Shown here one piece after another: positions 1 to 9,530 of a DNA stretch of 64,000 bases; within the stretch, counting starts at the first letter, position 1, and each line of letters begins with the position of its first letter. Where the stretch lies: the NCBI GenBank assembly GCA_965205865.1, contig CBDBHR010000010.1:1-64000 (forward strand). The letters run 5' to 3'. The stretch comes from a bacterium. Its GTDB lineage: Bacteria > SAR324 > NAC60-12. The position numbers were made by a program, and so were the translations under genes. A model generated the notes under the pieces. The model was given only the letters and a program-made list of their open reading frames with translations. It searched no databases and was not told the DNA's origin.

Positions 1-556
1 AAATGGCAGGAGCCCGAAGGTTATGGAGAAACCCTGGGCTTGCATGACGATACGCGATTGTATGATGGGCCTCTGCCGGGAGTGGTGCCTCACACTTTCA
101 ATTGCAATTGGATTCTCACGGGACTATACCAAAGAGAACGGCGCCTTTTGTATCGTACCCGGCTCCCACAAACTTTGCCGGCACCCCAAACCTGGGGAAG
201 GCGTCGAAGACGCGATCCCGGTGGAAGCGCCAGCCGGTTCCGCCATCGTCTTTCACGGCAACGTCTGGCATGGCGCTTTTCCCCGTCTCACTCCAGGCAT
301 CCGCTTATCGGTCAATACCTATTACTGTGGCCCGGCATTTCCGTTGTCAGGAAAACTTTCAGGGCCGGATCACTGAGGAAATGCTGGCACGCAACGATGA
401 GCGGTTTCGCGTCCTGGTGGGCTATGAAGATGTCTGGGGATGGACCGATGAACGGGGCCCCATTCCCTACTACCTCCGTGGGACCTGGGGACACCATGAC
501 GGAAAATGAACGACAGGCCGTCTTTGACGATATGCGAGAAAAAACGATCTTTATAA
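1..556 (+). pseudogene. PhyH-family (phytanoyl-CoA dioxygenase-like) Fe(II)/2OG dioxygenase, 3' part, broken by four +1 frameshifts (may be sequencing errors)
   Basis: Stitched frames give LHDDTRLY...FNCNWILTDYTKENGAFCIVPGSH...HGNVWHG...MREKRSL*. Nearly identical to the paralog at 21917-22534, which shows the extra bases lie in homopolymers (~121, ~331, ~490, ~543). Confidence 0.85.
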
Positions 557-568
557 GAAAGGGACCCC

Positions 569-1575
569 ATGATTACCCAAGACTGGAAAAAACCAAGCTA
601 AAAACCATGCCTTCGACCTATCAAGTGATCAGGGAACGCGGGCTCACCAAAAACCTGGAAGAACTCGATGCCTATGGATTGACCGTGATCACTCCAGGGC
701 AAATCGGTGAGCCAGACCTTCTTGAGCAATGCCGGGCAGCCGTTCTTCGGATTGCCGAAGAGCGCACTGGTGTCAAGCACGACCTGGAGACAGGGGCCCA
801 CGGTAACCTCGATATCATGGCCTCCTATCAGCATCAATATCTCCTGATGTCCATTCTCGAGGAAGATCCCGCCTTTGAAAAAATCATTCAACACCCGATG
901 ACCCTGCCCCTGGTAGAAAACTACTTGGGCCACACCTGTCTGCTCTCTTCCCTCTGTGCTTTCATCAAATGGCAGGATCCTGAGGGCTATGGGGAGAACC
1001 TGGGCCTTCATGCCGACGATCATCTCTTTCAAGGAACCTATCTGCCGGATCCTCCCCAGTGTTTCAACACCAATTGGATTCTCACCGACTACACTAAAGC
1101 CAATGGCGCTTTTTGTGTTGTTCCGGGCTCCCACAAACTCCGCCGTAAGCCCAAATCTGGTGAGGGGGTGAAGGAGGCGGTTCCGATCGAAGCCCCTGCC
1201 GGCTCCGTATTGGTGTTCCATGGCAACGTGTGGCATGGGGCGTTTCCCCGGGAAAATCCAGGATTACGGCTCAGCCTCAGCTTGTTTTTTGGCGCGTTCC
1301 ACTACCGTTTGCAGGAGAACTTCCAAGGCCGGATCAGTGATGAAATGATTGCCCGCAACGGTGTGCGGTTTCGTAAATTGCTCAACCTCGAAGATATCTG
1401 GGGCTACAGTGATACTCGCGGGGTGTTCCCCTGGCGTGAGCGCACCACTGAGAAGACATGGTCCCAACTCTTTGAGGAGCCGGTCACCATCCATGGGCTG
1501 CAGTATCGCATCGTGAAAGACCCCACCACCAAGGACCATTTGTATCTGAACTATGTCCCTGTGGAGGAGGCCTGA
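569..1575 (+). CDS. PhyH-family Fe(II)/2OG dioxygenase (start uncertain: ATG569 needs a frameshift correction, otherwise ATG607)
   Basis: HxD motif LHADD, NWILTDYTKANGAFCVVPGSH, distal His in FHGNVWHG, conserved Arg in GLRLS; purine-rich RBS before ATG569. Confidence 0.85.
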
Positions 1576-1610
1576 AAATGCATACCAGACTCCTTTTTAT
1601 TAATAAATAG

Positions 1611-1660
1611 TGAAAAGGGGTCAAATATAAAAAGACAATTTAATACTAGACCCCTTTTCA
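1611..1660. repeat. REP-like inverted repeat or terminator-like hairpin
   Basis: TGAAAAGGGGTC (1611-1622) and GACCCCTTTTCA (1649-1660) form a perfect 12-bp inverted repeat after the gene end. Confidence 0.6.
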
Positions 1661-1798
1661 AATCGGAAAATCACACGCTCCTAAGCAAGCTCAAGCAACT
1701 TTTTGCGAAAGCTGCTTATTTTGAGTGAGCATCACTCCTTGAAATGATTTGCTCTGCATCCCATACTTTTCGTTCCTGGAAAGGCAGGATTGCACAGT

Positions 1799-2060
1799 AT
1801 TTTCAAGGACAGACACAGAGAGCAGCGAGGATCAAGTCCTGGATGAGACAAGCACTCGCCCCTGAGGAGTGAAGAGGAGCAAAAAAAATCGATTGACCTC
1901 CTCTAAATATTTTTATACTGTGCTGGAAGGATGCCTTCGCTATTTTCAAGGACTGATACAAATAGGAGCGAGGATCAAGTCCAGGATGAGACAAGCACTC
2001 GCCACTGAGGAATTAAGGTGAGCAAAAAAAATCGATTGACCTCCTCTAAATATTGTTATA
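1799..2060 (+). repeat. Tandem 143-bp repeat (2 units) containing a sigma70-like promoter
   Basis: Units start at 1799 and 1942 with ATTTTCAAGGAC...GCGAGGATCAAGTCC...; TTGACC at 1893 and 2036. Confidence 0.85.
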
Positions 2061-2120
2061 TAGAGAGGATACTGAAGGGAAAATGAAATCTACCAGGATT
2101 TTGCCATCATTGTTCTTTTG

Positions 2121-2440
2121 TGATAGTTTTCAAGAAATCGCCTTGGGCTGACGGTTTTTAAGAATTTCGGCTTTTTTTCGTTTTCTTTTTTTGATAATTT
2201 TCAACGAAAACGCCTTTGACTGACAGAAGGGCAATTTTGATAGTTCTCACGAAATCGCCTTGGGCTGACGGTTTTTAAGAATTTCGGCTTGTTTTTCGTT
2301 TTCTTTTTTGATAATTTTCAACGAAATCAGCTTTGGGCTAATGGAAGGGCAATTTTGATAGTTCTCACGAAATCGCCTTTGGCTGAAGGTTGCTAAGAAT
2401 TTCGGCTTGTTTTTCGTTTTCTTTTTTGATAAATTTTTAA
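2121..2440. repeat. Tandem ~117-bp repeat (about 2.7 units)
   Basis: TGATAGTT.TCA.GAAATCGCCTT.GGCTGA.GGTT..TAAGAATTTCGGCTT recurs at 2121, 2238 and 2356. Confidence 0.85.
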
Positions 2441-2844
2441 AAAAATGATTGCTGCCACAGGGTTAGATTGAATGAGCTTCACTGAACACCCACTAAGATT
2501 CACTCAGGGAAGAGGAAGAAAAAAGAAGAAGAGCAGGATCAAGGGAGAATAAAAGTGAGAAAGAAAATGGAAGAATCAAAATCAAGAATATTGAAAAAGA
2601 AAAACGATTGCTGTTGCACTTCAGACTAATGGGGAGTATTGTACGTTGATACTAACTTTTTTGCTGCACTTTGTCAGTGCTATTAACAAATAATCAAATT
2701 TTACTTTTATTTTATAATTGGGCATGATATTTAGAGGGATAAGTGAATAATCAAATTATTCTTATCTTACCAAATGTCCGTAAACTCTTTAAAAACCATA
2801 AGAAAATACTCAATTATTAATGAATCATCTTTTTAAAAAATCCC

Positions 2845-2874
2845 TTGATAATAAGGTGAATATGAGAGTAATCT
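2845..2874 (+). promoter_or_regulatory. Putative sigma70 promoter
   Basis: TTGATA-N18-TAATCT, conserved as TTGATA-N18-TAAACT at 10352-10381, with an A/T-rich upstream tract. Confidence 0.5.
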
Positions 2875-2880
2875 TAAACA

Positions 2881-2933
2881 CCCAGTTCCCAGTTCCCAGT
2901 TCCCAGTTCCCAGTTCCCAGTTCCCAGTTCCCA
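2881..2933 (+). repeat. Heptamer tandem repeat (CCCAGTT)7
   Basis: Seven perfect copies plus CCCA. Confidence 0.97.
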
Positions 2934-3035
2934 TATTAAGTTATCAGTTCCTTGTTTCCAGTTTCCACTCTCAAGCTCTAAGTCAAAAGCCCCAAGCAAC
3001 GAGTTCCCAATCCCAAGTTCTACCCCCTTATCTTA

Positions 3036-3251
3036 TCTCGACATCAGGAGAGATCCTTGAGATCCCTCGTTCTCCGTTCCGGGAACGGAACGGCAATGGG
3101 GAATTTGGAAAATCATCGGCGCCTGAGTGCGTCGGTTTATGGTCCATTGCCCCATCCTGGAGGCAATGGATCGGTTTTTTGATCACTTGAAAATGAAGGA
3201 GACCCAATGTGTAGAGCAATCGTCGAGAACGTGCTTTCGGGAACGAAAGCA
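3036..3251 (+). ncRNA. Candidate structured cis-regulatory leader RNA, copy 1
   Basis: Long hairpin capped by GGAA (3082-3085), a hairpin followed by a T-tract (3141-3180), and a hairpin with GGAA loop (3232-3251). All are conserved in copy 2. Confidence 0.45.
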
Positions 3252-3305
3252 GGTTTTAAAGCAATCCTAAATTTTGTTTTTAATCAAAAAGCAGAAAGGA
3301 AAAAG

Positions 3306-5077
3306 ATGGATAATCAAAAAGCAAATCAACCTTCAGTGCAACTCTGTTGGCCCTCATCCTGATGGTGACCGCATTTTGGGTCAGCCCAGCCGTCGGGGCT
3401 GAGAAAAAGATGGTCAAAGATCCGAGCACTGGTAAAATGGTGAGTGCACCTGAGTATGGCGGGACAAATAACCGCGTGGATGGGCGCCGGTTGGACTAAG
3501 GCGCCTAGTGACCCCTATTTCGGCGGCGCGCCGCACTTGATACTCTCGGGTGTGAATGAGAAGCTGGGCATCCCGAACTGGGCAATAGATAGAGACGTAT
3601 GGGACCTTACCGCGGCCTACTACCCTCTGTCGGTCATGACGGGGAGGCTGGCGGAAAGCTGGGAAACGCCCGACCCACTGACGTATGTCTTCAACATCCG
3701 CAAGGGCGTTCACTGGCACAAGAAGGCACCAATGAACGGCCGTCTCTTGACGGCGCAGGATGTTGAATGGAACTATCACCGGATGTTGGGTCTGGGCGAG
3801 TTCACCGACGCCGGACCGACTGCCTTTGCCGCCCAAGTCACCGGCATCCCATTCGAATCGGTAACGGCCACCGACGATTCGACGGTTGTGATGAAGCTGA
3901 AGGAGCCATTCCTTGATGCGCTGGGGATTATGCTCGGCCACAACTCTACTTTCATAGTGCCCCGCGAGGTCATCGAGCAATACGGCGACATGCAGGATTG
4001 GCGGAACGTGGTCGGCACCGGGCCCTTTGAGCTGACTGAGGTTGTCGATGGGAGCAGTTTCACCTATGTCAAGAATCCTGACTACTGGGGCTTCGACGAA
4101 AAGTATCCGGAGAACCGCCTGCCTTACGTTGACGAGGTAAGGGTACTTGAAATGGGAGAGGAAGCAACAATTATGGCGGCACTACGCTCAGGCAAGCTTG
4201 ATTACATACACTATCTCATTAATCTGGACGGGGTACTGAGCCTCAAGCGGACTAACCCCGAAATCGCGGTGCACACGATTCTGAATCGGTCGCAGAATTC
4301 TTTTGCTCCAAACCTGCGCGTGCCGCCCTTTGACGACATCAACGTGCGCCGGGCGATGCAGATGGCGCTGGACAACGAAACTGCGGTAGCCTACGTTCTG
4401 GAAGGGTGAGGCAGATGCGACACCTTTCGGGTGGCAAGGGGTGAAAGGGTATCACATCCCCTTCGAGGAGTGGGACGAAGAGGTCAAGCAATACTACAGG
4501 TATGACCCGGAAGCTGCCGAGAAGCTCCTCGATGAGGCTGGGTATCCGCGCGGCGCGGACGGCACGAGATTCGAGACCGTCTTGAGTCAGAGCCAATATC
4601 ATGTCTTGGACTTTTCAGAAATAGCGGTCGCCTACTGGGCTGAGATTGGCGTCGATGTTGAGATTGAGGTACTTACCAACGCCGAATTTCAGGAAAATGT
4701 ACGGGCGTACTAATAAAGGCATGATAAGTTCGATTGGGGGCAGCCAGGGTGACCCTGTCCGTTACGTATACCACCTTCGATCGGATTCAACATGGAACCG
4801 CTGGTTACAGCAGTGGCCTGAGTTGGACGCCATGGTTGACGCCGCTCTGACCGCGACTACCCATGAGGAGCAGCAGCGGCTGATTGTAGAGGCAGATATG
4901 TACGTAATAGAGAAGCACTGGCAGATATGGGGTCCCAGAAGTCCAACTTTCATGGTGGCCCAGCCGTGGCTCACAGGCTATAGCGGTGAAATTGGCCACT
5001 GGGCGGTAGGCGACCAGTGGACCACCCATTCCCGCCTCTGGATTGATAGTGAGCTGAAGAAAGAGATGGGGCATTAG
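3306..5077 (+). pseudogene. ABC transporter substrate-binding protein, family 5 (peptide/nickel), four frameshifts
   Basis: Signal peptide, PEYGG, LAESW, GTGPF, KNPDYW, PFDDINVRRAM, RLWID motifs across three ORFs; shifts at ~3320, ~3467, ~4390 and ~4708. Confidence 0.85.
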
Positions 5078-5086
5078 GGATTTTCC

Positions 5087-6088
5087 ATGAGAGCCTATAT
5101 CATCAGGCGGTTATTGCTCATCATCCCCACCCTGTTTATATTGAGCATCCTGGTCTTTCTATCGGTGCGCTTCCTCCCTGGCGATGTCATAGACGCAATG
5201 TTGGGTAAGCCGGAATTCATCGGTCTTGAGCTAGACCGAGAAGCTGTTGAGCGTATACTGGGACTAGACGTGCCCGTCTACGTGCAGTATGGACGCTGGA
5301 TAGGAGTGTTGCCGACCCCTGATTGGGTTACCGGTGAGTCCCACTTGAAAGGTATCCTCCAGGGCAGCCTTGGCCATTCACTGTTTGGCGACCATATGCC
5401 GGTAGAGGAGAGGATACTAGGTAGACTGCCGGTAACCGTTGAGCTTGGCGTCATGGCAATCGTCATCGGGCTGGTGATCGCCCTGCCGGTCGGCATCTAC
5501 TCGGCGATTCGCCAGGATACCGCCGCCGACTACGCGGGGCGCTCCTTCGCCATCGTTGGTCTGGCAACGCCTAACTTCTGGCTGGCCCTGATGGTCATGA
5601 TCTACCCCACCATCTGGTGGGGTTGGACGCCCCCGTTGGAGTGGGTTCCTTTCTCAAAAGACCCGCTGGGGAATCTCTGGGGGCTCTTCTTCCCCAGCCT
5701 GATTCTGGGAACGGCCTCCTCTGCCGCCACCATGCGGATGATGCGCACCATGATGCTGGAGGTGCTCCGGCAGGACTATATCCGCACCGCCTGGTCCAAG
5801 GGGCTCAAGGAGCGGGTCGTGATCATCCGGCACACCATCAAAAATGCCTTCATCCCGGTGGTCTCCCTGATCGGCCTGCAGTTGCCGATCCTGGTCGGGG
5901 GCGCGGTGATCATGGAGGTCATCTTCAACCTGCCGGGGATCGGTCGGCTCCTGCTGCTTGCCCTCGATGACCGAGACTACCCGATGGTCTCCGGAATCAA
6001 CCTGTTTTTCGCCACCGGGGTGGTGCTGCTCAATCTCCTCATCGACCTGATTTATCCCTATCTGGACCCGAGGGTGCGCTATGAGTGA
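5087..6088 (+). CDS. ABC transporter permease, DppB/OppB type
   Basis: MRAYIIRRLL start, DYIRTAWSKGL EAA loop, LDPRVRY end. Confidence 0.95.
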   Translation: MRAYIIRRLLLIIPTLFILSILVFLSVRFLPGDVIDAMLGKPEFIGLELDREAVERILGLDVPVYVQYGRWIGVLPTPDWVTGESHLKGILQGSLGHSLFGDHMPVEERILGRLPVTVELGVMAIVIGLVIALPVGIYSAIRQDTAADYAGRSFAIVGLATPNFWLALMVMIYPTIWWGWTPPLEWVPFSKDPLGNLWGLFFPSLILGTASSAATMRMMRTMMLEVLRQDYIRTAWSKGLKERVVIIRHTIKNAFIPVVSLIGLQLPILVGGAVIMEVIFNLPGIGRLLLLALDDRDYPMVSGINLFFATGVVLLNLLIDLIYPYLDPRVRYE

Positions 6089-7016
6089 ATCCAAGCGATG
6101 GGGCCGGTTTGCGGATTTCTGCATCAGGCTGTGGCAGGAGAAGCCGCTGGGGACGATCAGCGGGCTCATCATCCTGCTCTTGATTGTGGTGGCCATCTTT
6201 GCCGATGTGTTGACCCCGTACCCCTATGATAAACTCAACTTGGCCGACCGGCTGCAGGGAGCCTCCGCCCGGCATCTCCTGGGTACCGACCAATTGGGCC
6301 GAGACCTCCTGAGTCGCCTGATCTTCGGGGCTCGTATTTCGTTAATTGTGAGTCTGGCTGCAACCACAATCAATGTTCTCGTCGCGCTCCTGATCGGCGG
6401 AACGTCTGGATTCCTGGGGGGGAAAGTGGACCTGGCAGCGCAACGCTTTGTCGATGCCTGGATGGCTTTCCCGGGACTGCTGTTCTTGTTAACCATCATG
6501 TCGGTCGTGGGGCAGGGTTTGCTCCAGATCATCGTGGTCCTGGGGATCGCTGGCGGCATCGGGGGCTCCCGAGTCGTGCGAGGGGCGGTGATCGGCATCA
6601 AAGAGAATGACTATTTTCTGGCCGCCCGGGCTGTGGGCACCCCCACGGGTCAAATCCTGATCCGCCATGTATTGCCCAATATCATGGCACCGATCATCAT
6701 CGTCTTCTCGATCAACATTGGCGGGGTCATCATTGCCGAAGCATCGTTGAGCTTCCTGGGATTCGGACTGCCCATCAAGGTGCCTAGCTGGGGAGGGATG
6801 CTCAGCCGGGAAGGGCGCCGCTTCATGGAGCAAGCCCCCTGGCTGGCCTTCTGGCCGGGGCTTTTCCTGACGATTGTCGTCTACTCCCTCAACATGTTCG
6901 GCGACGCGGTGAGGGACCTGCTCGACCCCAGGCTACGAGGTGGCCAAGGCAGTTATGGCGCCACGGGGAAACGCAAAAGAGGTCTCCTCGCCCGGCTGAT
7001 CAATCCTTTTAACTGA
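6081..7016 (+). CDS. ABC transporter permease, DppC/OppC type
   Basis: HLLGTDQLGRD, RHVLPN, EASLSFLGFG, PSWG, GDAVRDLLDPR. Confidence 0.95.
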   Translation: MSESKRWGRFADFCIRLWQEKPLGTISGLIILLLIVVAIFADVLTPYPYDKLNLADRLQGASARHLLGTDQLGRDLLSRLIFGARISLIVSLAATTINVLVALLIGGTSGFLGGKVDLAAQRFVDAWMAFPGLLFLLTIMSVVGQGLLQIIVVLGIAGGIGGSRVVRGAVIGIKENDYFLAARAVGTPTGQILIRHVLPNIMAPIIIVFSINIGGVIIAEASLSFLGFGLPIKVPSWGGMLSREGRRFMEQAPWLAFWPGLFLTIVVYSLNMFGDAVRDLLDPRLRGGQGSYGATGKRKRGLLARLINPFN

Positions 7017-7138
7017 TAAGCTCATAAAACTTGTCCTCGTGAAAACGGGGAGGAGACCGTTACTTTTTCCTTCCGGAGAATCGCTATTTTTTTTCTTCGT
7101 CAAGTTTGTACCATTGGGACATGCGACCTCTTGTCGCA

Positions 7139-7257
7139 CGCTAACGTCGAGGTGAGCCGCACCCACCATAAGCATCGCTCTTGCGACAAATTTTAAAACT
7201 ACTCTAAACTCCGAGCGAAGCGGCGTGGTGGGCGTCGATTCTACCGACTTGTCCTGC
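7139..7257 (-). mobile_element. Integron attC-like recombination site (degenerate R'' box)
   Basis: Minus strand reads GCAGGAC-AAGTCGGTAGAATCGACGCCCACCA...TGGTGGGTGCGGCTCACCTCGAC-GTTAGCG; an imperfect palindrome 18 bp downstream of the PIN gene stop. Confidence 0.7.
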
Positions 7258-7275
7258 GTCTGATTGCTTGGTGAC

Positions 7276-7695
7276 CTAAGTCTCACTTTTTAATAAGATC
7301 GTAAACCCTGCCTGCTCAAAATGATGATCCGTTGTAAAAATCTCCGTTATTTCTTGATCTTCCGCAATGATCATCCCAATACAGTCAACCAAACTCCAAT
7401 TTTTGTCTGACCTTTGCTTATAACGAACAAATCCTCGATTCATTAATGCATGATCGACTAAAATACGCTTCCATTTCTTTGACTGATTGATGGTTTCGAT
7501 TAATCTGATGGCTGTAGATCGTTGGTGGGATTGACTAAAATAACTGGCTAATTTCAATATGACGGCATTCGTCGTTATAAAATCTATTTGAGACTGCTTC
7601 AATTCATCTCTGACTCTCAAAGCTTTGTGATGAAACTGATCTCCTTTGTCTCCCATTGCAATTAATGCAGTGGTGTCTACGAATACGGAATTCAT
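7276..7695 (-). CDS. PIN-domain (VapC-like) toxin
   Basis: VFVDTTALIA, SLVDC, TTDHHFEQAGF. Confidence 0.9.
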   Translation of the reverse strand: MNSVFVDTTALIAMGDKGDQFHHKALRVRDELKQSQIDFITTNAVILKLASYFSQSHQRSTAIRLIETINQSKKWKRILVDHALMNRGFVRYKQRSDKNWSLVDCIGMIIAEDQEITEIFTTDHHFEQAGFTILLKSET

Positions 7696-7934
7696 CTTTT
7701 TGGGGTCCCGTATATATATTGATCGTGATTAATTGAACCATCTCCTCTCCCTGTATCTATCGCAATCTCCTCTAAATCAAGAGCATCCCAAGGATCAATC
7801 TCTGAATCGATTGCTGTGTCTTCTTCCTTTTGAAAGATTTCCGCCTCTTTTTTTAGGTTTGCTTCTATTTCTTTAATTCTTTGCCTCAACTGTTTGGGAG
7901 GCAAATTATCAGGCACCTCAATCGTTACTTGCAT
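7692..7934 (-). CDS. Putative antitoxin
   Basis: 80 aa, 4-bp overlap with the PIN gene, C-terminal SINHDQYIYG motif typical of PIN partners. Confidence 0.75.
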   Translation of the reverse strand: MQVTIEVPDNLPPKQLRQRIKEIEANLKKEAEIFQKEEDTAIDSEIDPWDALDLEEIAIDTGRGDGSINHDQYIYGTPKR

Positions 7935-8042
7935 TGTTACTTCTCCTTTTCATTATTCGGCTCCTCCTAATCGGAAATAGGAGCCCTTTGATTAATTTTC
8001 AATTTACCAAACCCCTCTCACATAATCAACAGTGATCCATAA

Positions 8043-8262
8043 TTGCCCCAAGCTATTCAGCAGGTTGCTCTACGCAAGTTGAGAATGCTTAATCGTGCCA
8101 CAAGGCTTAATGATCTACGCGTTCCGCCTGGCAACCAGTTGGAAAAGCTTACCAAGGATCGAGCAGGGCAACACAGTATCAAGAATTAATGATCAATGGC
8201 GTATCTGTTTTGTACGGAACAATGGAGACGCAATGAATGTAGAAATTGTAGATTATCATTAG
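8043..8262 (+). pseudogene. higB: HigB/RelE-family toxin, 5'-truncated and frameshifted
   Basis: Manual translation ALRKLRMLN...[31 protein letters not shown]...VEIVDYH*. Confidence 0.85.
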
Positions 8263-8294
8263 AGGTCACATGTCCCGTAGAAAATAGAGGTCAC

Positions 8295-8601
8295 ATGTCC
8301 CGTAGAAAATTAACTCCCATCCATCCGGGAGAAGTGCTATTGGAAGAATTTTTTCAAACCGATGGGCTTGAGTCAAAACCGTTTAGCCTTAGAGCTTGGA
8401 GTGCCTGCTCGACGCATTAATGAAATCGTATTGAAAAAGCGTCGAATTACTGCTGATACCGCATTACGACTGGCCCGATACTTCAGCATGTCTCCCCAAT
8501 TTTGGCTGGGCTTACAAATGGATTATGAATTAGATATAGCTGAAGATGACCTTGCTGACCGCTTGGAACAAGAGGTTCAGATTCATGCTGCTTCCGGTTA
8601 A
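8295..8601 (+). pseudogene. higA: HigA-family antitoxin with one frameshift in a T-run (~8355)
   Basis: PIHPGEVLLEEF followed by MGLSQNRLA...RRINEIV...ITADTALRLARYF...FWLGLQ. Confidence 0.85.
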
Positions 8602-9530
8602 ATCAGCCTACCTGCGGCAGACGATCAAGGATAACTTGCGTCTTTTCACACCTGAGATTCTCGATGAGATCAATCAGTTGGTTGTCAAAGCCAGACATGG
8701 GCTCTGCAAAAAAACTCATGAGCCAAATCATTCGCAGGGTGCGCTTCAACGAAACCATCCCTCATCATGAAAAAATCTTTTCCATCTTCGAGCCCCACAC
8801 CGAGTGGATCAGCAAGGGCAAGGCGGGAGTGCCGGTGGAACTCGGACTGAGGGTCAACATCATCGAGGACCAGCATCAATTCATCCTTCACCATCAGGTG
8901 ATGCGCAGGCAGAGCGATGAGAAGGTAGCCGTGGAAATCATCGAAGAAAGCAAAAAACGCTTCTCCGAGCTTGCGGTCGTGAGTTGGGACAAGGGCGCCC
9001 ACAGCCCACAGAATCAGCGTGAACTCAAAGCACTGCCGGATCTTGTCGTGCTTCCCAAAAAAGGCAAGCTGAGCCAAGTAGACCGGCAAAGAGAAGATTC
9101 CCGAGAATTCAAACTCCTGCGCCGCCAACACTCTGCGGTCGAATCCGCCATCAACGCTCTGGAAGCGCACGGACTCGACCGATGTCCGCATCATGGAATC
9201 AAGGGGTTCGAACGCTATCTCGCTCTGGCTGTGCTTGCAAAAAACATCCACCGTCTCGGCACCGTCCTGCGTGAACAGCAAAAAGAACGGCAGCGTCGTA
9301 AACGAGAACCCTACAAAAAAGCGGCCTGAACCAAAGGATGACTCCCCATTCTGAAACAAGAGGGGAGGCCGGGAGGAGAGGGCGAGTGTCCAAAAATAGG
9401 GGGGTAACAAAAAATTAGGGATCCCAAAGAAAAATAGCTTCAATTCTCTAAAATATGGCTTGTTCAAAAACAGATGTTCTCGAGGATTCTACACCCCTTA
9501 TTAGTAAAATTGTATTTTTCTGTCAGGCAC
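8602..9530 (+). mobile_element. IS remnant (ISNCY/IS5-like DDE transposase), 5'-truncated with an internal deletion
   Basis: EKIFSIFEPHTEWISKGKAGVPVELG and HSAVESAINALE motifs; probable right end TTCTGTCAGGCAC at ~9530. Confidence 0.8.

Larger units (their letters stand above)
1683..3468 (+). repeat. Duplicated upstream block, copy 1 (internal repeats, promoter, heptamer tract, leader, signal-peptide coding region)
   Basis: Colinear, high-identity match to 9558-10921, with internal indels. Confidence 0.9.

Noticed and set aside
40-1575. Single 511-aa double-domain dioxygenase
   Set aside because: Residues ~28-150 are out-of-frame translation; the paralog shows two separate genes.
1799-2440. 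CRISPR array
   Set aside because: The intervening sequences are themselves repeated rather than unique spacers, the units are too long, and there are no cas genes.
3036-3251. Glycine or SAM-I riboswitch, SRP RNA or 6S RNA
   Set aside because: Only short matches (GGAGAGA, CTTATC); the core motifs of each family are absent.
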